A program made the position numbers and the translations under genes. The notes beneath the pieces are model-generated. The model had not been told where the DNA came from. It worked only from the letters and a program-made list of their open reading frames with translations, and made no database searches. From the NCBI GenBank assembly GCA_028283345.1, contig JAPOGE010000003.1, positions 1-46,381 on the forward strand: a stretch of 46,381 nucleotides of DNA, read 5' to 3'. Shown here piece after piece: positions 8,701-18,092 of this stretch. This DNA comes from Candidatus Poseidoniales archaeon (GTDB lineage: Archaea > Thermoplasmatota > Poseidoniia > Poseidoniales > Poseidoniaceae). Position 1 is the first letter of the stretch. Every line of letters begins with the position of its first letter.

Positions 8701-9321
8701 ATGGGAGATGACCTGCAGGGCGAAGTCAACTCCTGGCTCAAAGACGAGGGTCTGGCCCCGCGCCAACAGCTCGATAGCCGGGCCGAATTCCATTATATGG
8801 TCAGATATCCTGCTGGAAAGAATGGGCACGCATTCAATATCATCCACCCCAAAGGACGCGACCTTGTCGCCATCTCCAGTTTGACCAGAGTCGATGCAGG
8901 TCAACAGGAAGAGATGCAATCTCACGCCGATGCAGATTTGGAGGGTTGGCAAGATTGGATGCACACAATACGTACTTCGCTCATCATGACCGGGGTGGAT
9001 TGGGGTCTTCACGTCGGTGGTGACAAGGTATTGGGTAACGGGCCCTTACAAGCCTTCAATGTCAGCGAGCCGATTTGGCTTGATGGTCTGAGTAAGAATG
9101 CACTGATGCAAGGCTTGCGCAAACTGTGGTTGGCAAAACTAGGAATTATTCATGAGATAAAACATTACTACGGACAAGGTAGTGGTAAGCCGGGCCCAGT
9201 CGATGATTTCAAAGATAAAAAAGGCCCCAGGCCACCTTCCGGAAGTGACGAACCAAAACAGGTGGAGACCGATGACAGCGGCACTTTCGGCTCTGGTTTC
9301 GATCCCTCGGAATGGATCTAG
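8701..9321 (+). CDS. Archaeal hypothetical protein, DUF2299-like
   Basis: N-terminal WL.DEG....D..AEFHY.V.YP and later DGLSKN.LM resemble the DUF2299 pattern as I recall it; not verified by search. Confidence 0.55.
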   Translation: MGDDLQGEVNSWLKDEGLAPRQQLDSRAEFHYMVRYPAGKNGHAFNIIHPKGRDLVAISSLTRVDAGQQEEMQSHADADLEGWQDWMHTIRTSLIMTGVDWGLHVGGDKVLGNGPLQAFNVSEPIWLDGLSKNALMQGLRKLWLAKLGIIHEIKHYYGQGSGKPGPVDDFKDKKGPRPPSGSDEPKQVETDDSGTFGSGFDPSEWI

Positions 9322-9459
9322 AGCAGAGGAAAACCGCGGCCGGGACGGGTGATGACTTTTCATCGACAACAAAGAAGAATCATGACCCCAGAGGGGCGCG
9401 GTTAAGTAGGTTGAAAGGAACCCCCAAATCACTTAGTATGGCGACCTTGAGGTGCTGAA

Positions 9460-12400
9460 ATGAATAACAGAATGAAATCCATCTTTTTAACAATGATAAT
9501 GATAATCTCGGCTGGAGCAGGAATGGTGGCGGTGCCACTGGCCGGTGCCACCCAAGTAGTAATCACCGAAGCGGTCCAAGTGGTCGATGACGGTGCCAAT
9601 TCCCGTCAGTCCGCAATCGTTGCGGACTCGGAAGGCAATGTCCATCTGGTCTGGGCGAAGAATAACCGAGAACTCCTTTACACCATGATGGACCCGCGCG
9701 GCAACACACTGATTGCGCCGACCCAACTTAATGATAATGGTGCGGCGCGAACCTGGCACCCGGACATAGCTATCGACAGCCTCGACCGAGTACACATCAC
9801 TTGGGCTGATAAGAGCGGCCAGCACGCCATCATGTACACCGCCATCAATCCATTCAAGGATGACCGTGATGGCAGCGCTGCCACCGATGGCTCGATTACC
9901 GTGGTTCAGGACACCATTGTCGAGAAGCGCTCAAACAACCGCGACTGGCCCGCCATCGCCATCGATTCACGCGACAATGTACACATAACCTGGGAAGACA
10001 ATTATGACCTGTTGGACAAGTTCTTCCAACAGCCGCAGATATACTATGCAATGTTTGAGCCACAGGTGAATATTAACCCGGAGCTCACCCATGCCGTGGT
10101 GATATTTGATTCAACCCTGCTGACTCCAATCATCGGCCACAAAGGCCATCCTGATATCGCCATCGACGCTGACGACAAGGTGCAGGTGGTTTGGGATGAT
10201 ACCCGGGGTGGCAAGGTTGAACTCACCTTCATCATCGACACCTCCGGTTCGATGTATTCCGAGTGGGCCGATGTCTGCACCGTCGTCTACGGTGGAACCT
10301 TTTCCAGTGGTGGCTCGTTCCAAGGCATCAAACCGATGCTCAAGAACGCTAACATGACTGTCTATGAAACCCTTTACGGGCTCGGTAATTACATGCCCGG
10401 CGCCGCCAGCAGCGGCGACTGTAGCGGCGTCAGTCCTAATGGCGCCAACGCCCAAGGGCCCCGTAACACCCCGCTCGGACTATACCCTGGTGATGACAGT
10501 GGTGGAATCCGTAAGTTACCTGGTACAGTATACAACGGCCAGACCTACTCGGGTTATTCCGGCGAGGACTGGGGCCCTGGAAGCAACTGGGCCTGTTTGT
10601 CCTGGCGCGATGCTCAAGGCAGCATCCCTGGAAATCCTCCTACCAGTTCCGACCATCACTGGAATCCCAACGCCACTAAGATTGTGATTCCAATCTCCGA
10701 TGAGGGTCCCAAGGACGGCGACCCAGCCGGCCAATCCGATGACCACCAAGCAATCCTAGAGGCGCACAACTCATGCGTACGCGCCGACATCATCCCCCTC
10801 GGTCTATACGGACAGAGTTATGGAGGTGCGACCACGGTACAATCCCATTTCAAGGACTTATCACAGTGTACGGATGGCCAGCAGGGTACCCATACCCGAA
10901 GTTGTCCCGGCACCACCATCGCCAATACCGACGCAGGTGGCCAAGTATACGAATTCCCCTCCTCATCATCGAGCACGACCCAGATGCAACTACTGGTAGA
11001 GGCACTGGTCTACATCTCGACCAATAACTCGCGGGAAATATACACCACGATACTCGACCCATATGGGAAGATTGAGAACACCCCTGGTTTCGTCCGTGGA
11101 GAGCCCGGCCACATCACCTCTGGAAACTCATACACGGAAGACCTCGGGAGGGGCAGCGAAGGCCATCTCGTAGTGGTAAATGATACCCGTATCACCATTG
11201 ACGATGCATATTCCTTCCATCCTTCAATTGCCATTGACCTTGAGGGAAATACCCACATTGTTTGGATGGATGGGCGCGACTATGGATTTGAGAAGGACGT
11301 CAACTACGAAGTCTACTATACCAAACTGAAGATGCAGGGTGCTGGAGAATGGGATGGTGTTTCCGGTGGGCTGTCGACCTATGCGATAAAGAAGATCGAT
11401 GATACGGCAATCTCCAATGTCGAAGGACCGGGTGGACTGGCCCAAGGTCTGCCCTTCAGTGGAATGAGTGCATATCCCGTCATCCTGACCGATGACCAAG
11501 ACCATATCCACATCGCCTGGCACGATTTCGGCAATATCTCTGCGCAAGAGGAAATCGTTTATGTGCGCCTTAATTCGACCACCCTGACCGGACCTGGAGA
11601 AACCGCTCTCGACCCATGGGAGCCGGTCATCGTGACCCATTGGGAGAGTTACAAACTTGGCCCCAATTCGTTCAGCCGCCCCGACTTGGGAACACCACCA
11701 GCCTTTGCCAACGATCTGGGCAGCGGTGCCCATCTGGCATGGTCTGATACCAATAAGTGTAGTGATGAGGGAAATAACTTCCAATGGACCTTGTGTTATA
11801 CCCATGTCCTGACCGGGCAGGTCGATGTTGAATACGATGAGGGCGAGACTTACTATCACGTCATCGAACCTGGTGAACAGACGATGTACAACCTCACTAT
11901 GAACAATACCACACCCGGGCCTACCGAATTGGTTTCCGACACCTACTCGATGAACCTGTCTGGGGTTCCGAGTAATTGGTCAGCAACCCTGTATTTCACC
12001 AGCAATGACACGGCGATCTTCCCCGAGACACCGATATTCCTCAAAGGAGGCGAGATGATACCATTCTACCTGCGTGTACGCGCCCCGTCAATCTATCAAG
12101 CCACCGGAGACCAGCGGGCAACCATCACCATCTCGGCAATCAGTCACAAGGACCCGGCAATCCGCTCTGATCTGGCGACCGTCACCGACATGGACGTGGT
12201 GCACGGCATCAACCTCGATACGAGCCATCGTATGGCCGATGTCGAACAGGGTCAGGTGGCTATTTTCTCAATTACCATCACCAATACCGGTAATGTATAC
12301 GACTCGTTCTCCTTCTATGACTCGAACAGTCTGGAAGGTCAGGCCGAATGGTTTCTACCGTTTGGCTGGCAGGTGAGCTTCCCGCTTGAGGTAAGCCTTG

Positions 12401-14466
12401 ACCCAGGGCAATCAGTGACCAAGAACCTCGAGGTCACCATCCCGATGTCCGAAGACCCAGGCACCTTTGTCATTTATCTCAAGGGCTGGTCGCAGGGTGA
12501 GCCATTCCTCGATATCAACCGTGGGACCTACGACGTGCTTGAGTTGTGGATCAACGTCAGCATCCGCTCTACGGGAAACATTGTCTTCACCATCTTCGAT
12601 ACCACTGAGTACATTCTCCCGGGAGACTGTGCAGAGTACGATATCGAAGTTTGGAAGAACTTCGCTCCCGGCTTCTTGGTATTCTCAACCCCCGGTGCTC
12701 CAGAGGCAATGCCTGATGATACCACCATCGATGATTGGCGTCAGGAACACTGGACCGTCGAGTTGGACTTCTCCAATGCTCCACCAGACCCGGATGGCGA
12801 CGGTAAGCGCCGCTGGGAGGTCGGTGTTGCATATACTGTGACCGCGATTGTTTGCGCCCCTTACAACGCCAGCGCCGGGCTGGGCCCTGCGGTAGCAGTC
12901 AAAGCCAATCTCTATGGCCACAGCCGAGTCTCTGATTCGGTCATTCTTTCGACCAACGTAATCCACAAGTACGAACTTGAATTGGTGCCGCTGGTCAACA
13001 CCACTATCATGATCAATCCCGGTGAACGCTGGATTGTACCACTTCAGACCTTCAATACCGGCAATGGCCCCGACCGCTACGACCTGCGCCTGGCGAGTAT
13101 TTCTGATTCCGAGGGTAGTTCCGTACAATGGCAGGTCGACGTACCGCGCGAGGAATTGGTAGAATTAGGCCGCAATGACTGGCAAGAGATTGAAGTGGAT
13201 ATCCAGATTCCAAATCAAGTCGATGCCGGAACCTACACCATCCGCATCGATGCATTATCGGAGGAAGTATATCCCCAGACTGGCCCGACATCGACCAAAC
13301 TCCGCGATTTCATCGAGTTGACGGTGATTGTCAACGAATTCCACGACATGCAGATTTACTTGGATGATACGGTTGAGAACGAGGTCAAGACCACCGCCCC
13401 GGGCAAGATAGTTCGCTACACCTTGAACATCACCAATAACGGTAATATCGCCGACACCCCGAGCCTTCACAACCACACCGGAAGCCGCGATGGTGATACT
13501 TGGATAATGTCTGAGATACCAGGTATGAGTATCCTTTCGGAGTGGCAGGTGACCTGGGCCATCGTCCGTAATTTCGACAATTCCCAGACCGAGGTCGAAG
13601 AGGAGTGTGTCGAAGTCCTGTCCGGAGAGACCATACCCGAGGGTCAGTGTGTTTACATCGCCGATATAGGCGAGTTTGTTCTGCCGCAGATGGAGCCTTA
13701 CACTACTTTGACCATGCGGGCGATAATCAAGATCGGTGCCAATGCGAAGTTGGAGACCCGACCACTTGGACTCAAAGTAACATCGATGTATGGTGACATG
13801 GCGGAGGAAAACGGTGATTATGATGACAGCCCATCGTGGTCTGGTGATCTGCTCGATAGCAATGAGCTCATCGTCACACTGCGGCTACGAGCACCGAATC
13901 TGGAAATTGTTGAGGCCAGCATTTCTGAAAACGATGCAAGCGCTGATGTGGGTGAGACCATCCCGATACGTGTAGTGGTGCAGAACACCGGCAACGTCCA
14001 CGCGGTTAAGGTCGAGATAATTCTCTGTGTGGACCAGACTGTCGAGGAAATTGACGAGCGTGGTTGCGACGATGAGAATATCGTCTATCGCCAGATCATC
14101 GGCGCCCTTCTACCACCTGATGATACCGGTATTCCCAATCAAGTCGAGACCTACCTATTGTATCCGGTCACCGCCGGAAGTCACCGTGTGGTCGTGGTGC
14201 TAGACCCGAATGATAACGTGGTCGAACAGCGAGAATCCGATAACACCCTTGAGGTCAGCAACGAACTCAGCAGTAGTAATCCCCTGCTCGATATCGCCGG
14301 ACAGGTCGTCGGCAAGTGGGCGCTGCCGACTGGGGTGCTACTCCTGACGCTATCCCTGCTCAGCGTCGTCTACATGGTCGGCCGAGGCCGAACCCAGGAA
14401 GCGGCGCAGAGAGTAGCCGAGCAGAGCAGTCTCATCAACGTCATGAAGAATGAAGACGAACTCTGA
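9460..14466 (+). CDS. Large membrane-anchored surface protein: signal peptide, 7 beta-propeller-type repeats with inserted vWA domain, Ig-like (NEW3/COG1470-type) repeats, CARDB-like domain, C-terminal TM
   Basis: Repeats P.IA.D....H+.W.D; FIIDTSGSM and ISDE (MIDAS); repeated (I/V).NTGN..D.(F/Y); VVVLDPNDNVVEQRESDN; hydrophobic helix near the C-terminus; GAGGTG RBS. Confidence 0.88.
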   Translation: MNNRMKSIFLTMIMIISAGAGMVAVPLAGATQVVITEAVQVVDDGANSRQSAIVADSEGNVHLVWAKNNRELLYTMMDPRGNTLIAPTQLNDNGAARTWHPDIAIDSLDRVHITWADKSGQHAIMYTAINPFKDDRDGSAATDGSITVVQDTIVEKRSNNRDWPAIAIDSRDNVHITWEDNYDLLDKFFQQPQIYYAMFEPQVNINPELTHAVVIFDSTLLTPIIGHKGHPDIAIDADDKVQVVWDDTRGGKVELTFIIDTSGSMYSEWADVCTVVYGGTFSSGGSFQGIKPMLKNANMTVYETLYGLGNYMPGAASSGDCSGVSPNGANAQGPRNTPLGLYPGDDSGGIRKLPGTVYNGQTYSGYSGEDWGPGSNWACLSWRDAQGSIPGNPPTSSDHHWNPNATKIVIPISDEGPKDGDPAGQSDDHQAILEAHNSCVRADIIPLGLYGQSYGGATTVQSHFKDLSQCTDGQQGTHTRSCPGTTIANTDAGGQVYEFPSSSSSTTQMQLLVEALVYISTNNSREIYTTILDPYGKIENTPGFVRGEPGHITSGNSYTEDLGRGSEGHLVVVNDTRITIDDAYSFHPSIAIDLEGNTHIVWMDGRDYGFEKDVNYEVYYTKLKMQGAGEWDGVSGGLSTYAIKKIDDTAISNVEGPGGLAQGLPFSGMSAYPVILTDDQDHIHIAWHDFGNISAQEEIVYVRLNSTTLTGPGETALDPWEPVIVTHWESYKLGPNSFSRPDLGTPPAFANDLGSGAHLAWSDTNKCSDEGNNFQWTLCYTHVLTGQVDVEYDEGETYYHVIEPGEQTMYNLTMNNTTPGPTELVSDTYSMNLSGVPSNWSATLYFTSNDTAIFPETPIFLKGGEMIPFYLRVRAPSIYQATGDQRATITISAISHKDPAIRSDLATVTDMDVVHGINLDTSHRMADVEQGQVAIFSITITNTGNVYDSFSFYDSNSLEGQAEWFLPFGWQVSFPLEVSLDPGQSVTKNLEVTIPMSEDPGTFVIYLKGWSQGEPFLDINRGTYDVLELWINVSIRSTGNIVFTIFDTTEYILPGDCAEYDIEVWKNFAPGFLVFSTPGAPEAMPDDTTIDDWRQEHWTVELDFSNAPPDPDGDGKRRWEVGVAYTVTAIVCAPYNASAGLGPAVAVKANLYGHSRVSDSVILSTNVIHKYELELVPLVNTTIMINPGERWIVPLQTFNTGNGPDRYDLRLASISDSEGSSVQWQVDVPREELVELGRNDWQEIEVDIQIPNQVDAGTYTIRIDALSEEVYPQTGPTSTKLRDFIELTVIVNEFHDMQIYLDDTVENEVKTTAPGKIVRYTLNITNNGNIADTPSLHNHTGSRDGDTWIMSEIPGMSILSEWQVTWAIVRNFDNSQTEVEEECVEVLSGETIPEGQCVYIADIGEFVLPQMEPYTTLTMRAIIKIGANAKLETRPLGLKVTSMYGDMAEENGDYDDSPSWSGDLLDSNELIVTLRLRAPNLEIVEASISENDASADVGETIPIRVVVQNTGNVHAVKVEIILCVDQTVEEIDERGCDDENIVYRQIIGALLPPDDTGIPNQVETYLLYPVTAGSHRVVVVLDPNDNVVEQRESDNTLEVSNELSSSNPLLDIAGQVVGKWALPTGVLLLTLSLLSVVYMVGRGRTQEAAQRVAEQSSLINVMKNEDEL

Positions 14467-14639
14467 ATCAGGGTAGGTACGCGCCACCACCTCTTCGGCT
14501 CTGGCGGTCTCTCCGTGTCGTTTGACCCTGAAGACTGACCCGACACGGCCCTAGCAGGGGAATCCACAGAGTATAGGCAATTGCTGGCGGTTTGGCGGCG
14601 GTGTTCAAGGCTATCAGGCGGGATGGATGAATACATCAC

Positions 14640-14969
14640 CTAAGGTCGTCCCTGTGGGGGGTCGTTTGAACCGTTCGTCTCACTGCGGTCAGCATCATAT
14701 CCCTTCCACACCTCGGGCTCGTGGTAACAATCGGGGTCATCTCGGTCAGCTTTGCCGCCTCCATCATTATCCTCGCCATCACCACAATTCCCCCCGATTC
14801 CCCCTGCGCCATCATCGCCGAACAATCCCCCATCACCGCCACCGAACAGGGATAGCGCAATTCCGACTCCGACCACTATCACCACCGCGGCGACCAGCAT
14901 GGTCTTGGTCGAATCATTATTGACTTCGACATTGACGGTGATTTCGGTTTTCTCTTCATCATCGGACAT
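14640..14969 (-). CDS. Small single-pass membrane protein with Cys-bracketed Asp-rich motif
   Basis: One TM helix, a Gly-rich linker, then CGDGEDNDGGGKADRDDPDC. Confidence 0.75.
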   Translation of the reverse strand: MSDDEEKTEITVNVEVNNDSTKTMLVAAVVIVVGVGIALSLFGGGDGGLFGDDGAGGIGGNCGDGEDNDGGGKADRDDPDCYHEPEVWKGYDADRSETNGSNDPPQGRP

Positions 14970-15017
14970 CGGCTTCGCGAGTGCGAGGACACCTTTGGTG
15001 ATGAAAGTTCACATCGG

Positions 15018-15770
15018 TTATTTCTGCTCTTTTGGCAGGATTGCCCACCAAGGTAACTTGGTACCGCTAGGGGCTGATATGATATGCCCTGAGGAATGGG
15101 ATAGAACCCGCATCATACGCTTCTGGAAACTGGATAATAGCGCTTCATAGTGTGTCTCATCGGAGGCCATCTTGCGGATTATTGCGGTGAGGTCTATCTC
15201 TCTGCGAGGATTTTCGAGCATGCGATGGACGAGATGCCTCTCCTCATAGGTCTCAAAGTCGACATCGACAACCTTCGAGGCACGGTGTTTGATGTGTTGG
15301 TGCAGTGATATCAGCGCATCACGCTGGCAGTCCAAAACCTCGAGTGCATCATCCAATTCCCCGAGAAGATATACTGCCTCTGTGAAAGGAATCTTCTTCC
15401 TTCCCGAAACCTGTTCAGCGATATCTCCCATTCCCGGTGGTAATTTGCTGGCGAGTCGCATCGGGCCGCCTTTGGGAAGAATACGCTGCTCGATATTGAA
15501 TAGGTCGGGGCCAAGGTCAATCCGCATTGAAAACGATTGCAGCACCAGATATATTCGCTTCGGTGGCCCACCCTTTTCAGAGGGTACCATCTCACTATCG
15601 ACGAAGCCGGATTTTTCCAGCACTTTGAGGTGCTTCATCACCGCTTGTTGACTCACACCGATCAATTCGGCTAGTTGTAAAGGGTAATGCGGCTCTCTTA
15701 CCAGATGTTGTAGGATGTCGCGCCGAACCTTGTTTTCAAGCAACATCAACGCTTGGTCGGCATCTGCCAT
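15018..15770 (-). CDS. ArsR-like winged-HTH transcriptional regulator (COG1777-like)
   Basis: LENKVRRDIL..L..EPHY..QLAE.IGVSQQAVMKHL..LE..G.V, GPPKRIY. Confidence 0.85.
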   Translation of the reverse strand: MADADQALMLLENKVRRDILQHLVREPHYPLQLAELIGVSQQAVMKHLKVLEKSGFVDSEMVPSEKGGPPKRIYLVLQSFSMRIDLGPDLFNIEQRILPKGGPMRLASKLPPGMGDIAEQVSGRKKIPFTEAVYLLGELDDALEVLDCQRDALISLHQHIKHRASKVVDVDFETYEERHLVHRMLENPRREIDLTAIIRKMASDETHYEALLSSFQKRMMRVLSHSSGHIISAPSGTKLPWWAILPKEQK

Positions 15771-15829
15771 GACTGGTCAACCCGAGGTTACCTAGTAAGG
15801 AGTGTCCTAAAAATGCACGGTTATGAATT

Positions 15830-16960
15830 TCAACCCTCATCCCAGTCTTTCCACGAAACATTTCGGCCCAACGGGTCATTCCCCTCATCTCCACCCGAGG
15901 TCGAGACAGTCGCAGCCCCACTCTCACCCTCAATCACCCCAGTTGCGGCTTTACCTGGAGCCGAGGACTTGGCCGAAGGGATGGTGAATGGCGAGGAGGT
16001 GAAGCCGGTACCGCGGTATTGGGAATCGACAAAGGGGTCTGGTACACCCGAATCGACCTGCAGTGTTTCGGTATGTTGTTGGAAGGAACTTTCCACCACC
16101 TTCACCTTATCCTGCTCACTTCCGTGCATCAGCAAATAGATCTGGTCGGTGGTCATCAATCCCTCTGTGTCGACCGGCTCGCCAGCCATCCCCCCATCCA
16201 ACCCTCCACCGGGAATTTTTTTCGTTCCTTCAGCCACTCCGTCCGAAATCCCATCCGCCGCCTCCCCGGTGGTTGAGTCGGGGTAATTGCCTGTGGGGGT
16301 TTGTGGCCGTGTTGACCGACCTTCACCATCGACGATATAGGGTTGTAATTTCCCGGTTTGTTGGTTGATGACCATCATGGTTCGGCGGTTTTTCAGTTGA
16401 CCCCGACTAGCCATTTTATGAAGAATCCCTCCCACAGGTAGAAGCACGATACCCATCATACAAACTAGACAGGACAACCAGAATTCATAATCATTGAAGA
16501 TTTCACCCAATGCATCATCATAGTCTAGCAACATCACTTCTCCTTCACTGCATGAGCCATCAATCTCAGAGTCACAGATGGCATGAATATCGTAGGTTCC
16601 TTCAGCCAGTCTCCACGAACCTATTCGATTGAATTCGGTTCCTTTTTCATCCATCGCCTCAAGCTCATATCCACATCCGCTCTGATTCACCACCTCACCG
16701 TGGGAATCATAGACAATGAATTCTATATCGTCACTCATATTTTCGGACCATGCAACATAGCACGATTTGGTGAGATCAACGCTTTCCTGTTCGCCAATTC
16801 CAACATTTGCCACATTATTCTTGTTCGGGTCGGCTATTTCTATGAAGTCAGGATATTGTGAGATTAAGAAAATCCCCCCCAGTAGAAAACAGACCACCCC
16901 GGCGATGAGCAGACGGCGACCCCAAGAGGACTGCTTTTGATACTCATCGCTGGGCTGCAC
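15830..16960 (-). CDS. Hypothetical membrane protein (2 TM flanking an exposed domain, disordered C-terminal tail)
   Basis: Long ORF with two hydrophobic segments. Start taken as the GTG at 16960 to avoid overlapping top6A. Confidence 0.7.
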   Translation of the reverse strand: MQPSDEYQKQSSWGRRLLIAGVVCFLLGGIFLISQYPDFIEIADPNKNNVANVGIGEQESVDLTKSCYVAWSENMSDDIEFIVYDSHGEVVNQSGCGYELEAMDEKGTEFNRIGSWRLAEGTYDIHAICDSEIDGSCSEGEVMLLDYDDALGEIFNDYEFWLSCLVCMMGIVLLPVGGILHKMASRGQLKNRRTMMVINQQTGKLQPYIVDGEGRSTRPQTPTGNYPDSTTGEAADGISDGVAEGTKKIPGGGLDGGMAGEPVDTEGLMTTDQIYLLMHGSEQDKVKVVESSFQQHTETLQVDSGVPDPFVDSQYRGTGFTSSPFTIPSAKSSAPGKAATGVIEGESGAATVSTSGGDEGNDPLGRNVSWKDWDEG

Positions 16961-16997
16961 GGTAACTGCCAAACTGTTCTTGTCCTTCAATCCGGCG

Positions 16998-18092
16998 CTA
17001 ATGACCCATCTCAGCCAGTTTCTCCGGAAGGTAGGTATCGGTGACGAAATCAAGTCCATACTTCGCCAGTGATTGCTGTTCGGCCTTCTTCCCGAGGTCG
17101 AGCATCATATTGATTTGTTCCTGCCACCAACTATCGGCGAACCGGGGGTCGGTCAACTCGGCTTTGAGAGCCTCGACATCTTTTCTCGATAAGTCATCGC
17201 TGGGCAGGTCATAAGCGACGATATCATCGGCGGTGATGCCGAGATATGAGGCACTGGGGGTCGCTAGATATTCTGATATGTGGGCGGTTTTTATCGCCCC
17301 GTATGCGATGGAAGCGTAGATTCGAAACGACCACGGGTCACCGTCGAGGAAAACCACGACAGGAAGATTCCACTCCTCATTCATCCGCTTGAGGATTCTC
17401 CGGGTCGAGCGTGCTGGCTGACCCTTGAGGTGTAGTAGGGCGCAGCGATGCTCCTCATCGAAACCATTCTCGACCAGCCGGTCAAACATCCCACCGGTCT
17501 CGATGGCCATGATGAAGTCGACATCGTGTTCGAGCAGCTGGATTTTTTCGGCTTCGACATTGTAAGGGACACCATAACCCGAATCACCGACATCGTCACG
17601 GGCATTGATGCGCATCCACTCCCCGCGGCGGTTTCTTTCATTGAGGGTGATATCACCGATCATCCGAGCGCCATCTTCCTCGGGCCGTAACTTGAAGTCT
17701 TCACGCAGGCATTTGGTGACGATCTCCAGATCCTCTGCGAGATTATTGCTTTCGTTCTGTGAACTGAAATGTCCATGCCCCCAACCTTCGGAGATGTAGT
17801 ACATTTCACGCAAGGTGCTCGATTTACCGGCATCAATCATCTCTTCGATGAACTCGATGACGTGCAGAGCTCGTAGCAATTGTTTGGCACTCCCTAGGCT
17901 CTTAGCATCCCGAATCGAACGTTTCTTACCGTATTTGTATACTCCGAGTTTGCTATCAAAACCGATATTCTTCTTGGTTCGCACCGGTAGGGTCATCGTC
18001 GGCGCCTCGCCCTTCATCATCCGATCATACATCTCGAGGACGACTTCGTGCATCGCCGCTTTGGTTTCCTCAGGGGTATGTGTCCTCGTCAT
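16998..18092 (-). CDS. top6A: DNA topoisomerase VI subunit A
   Basis: STLREMYY (catalytic Tyr), AIETGGMF, LKGQP.RSTR, DGDPW (TOPRIM), KKAEQQSL. Confidence 0.97.
   Translation of the reverse strand: MTRTHTPEETKAAMHEVVLEMYDRMMKGEAPTMTLPVRTKKNIGFDSKLGVYKYGKKRSIRDAKSLGSAKQLLRALHVIEFIEEMIDAGKSSTLREMYYISEGWGHGHFSSQNESNNLAEDLEIVTKCLREDFKLRPEEDGARMIGDITLNERNRRGEWMRINARDDVGDSGYGVPYNVEAEKIQLLEHDVDFIMAIETGGMFDRLVENGFDEEHRCALLHLKGQPARSTRRILKRMNEEWNLPVVVFLDGDPWSFRIYASIAYGAIKTAHISEYLATPSASYLGITADDIVAYDLPSDDLSRKDVEALKAELTDPRFADSWWQEQINMMLDLGKKAEQQSLAKYGLDFVTDTYLPEKLAEMGH

Noticed and set aside
9332-9403. Hairpin with GTGATGA upstream of the giant surface protein as a C/D sRNA
   Set aside because: No convincing D/D' boxes at the proper spacing; the 7-bp outer stem could be chance.
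14470-14620. 5S rRNA, SRP RNA or RNase P RNA
   Set aside because: Lacks the conserved 5S loop sequences, the SRP helix-8 motif and the RNase P GAGGAAAGUCC motif.
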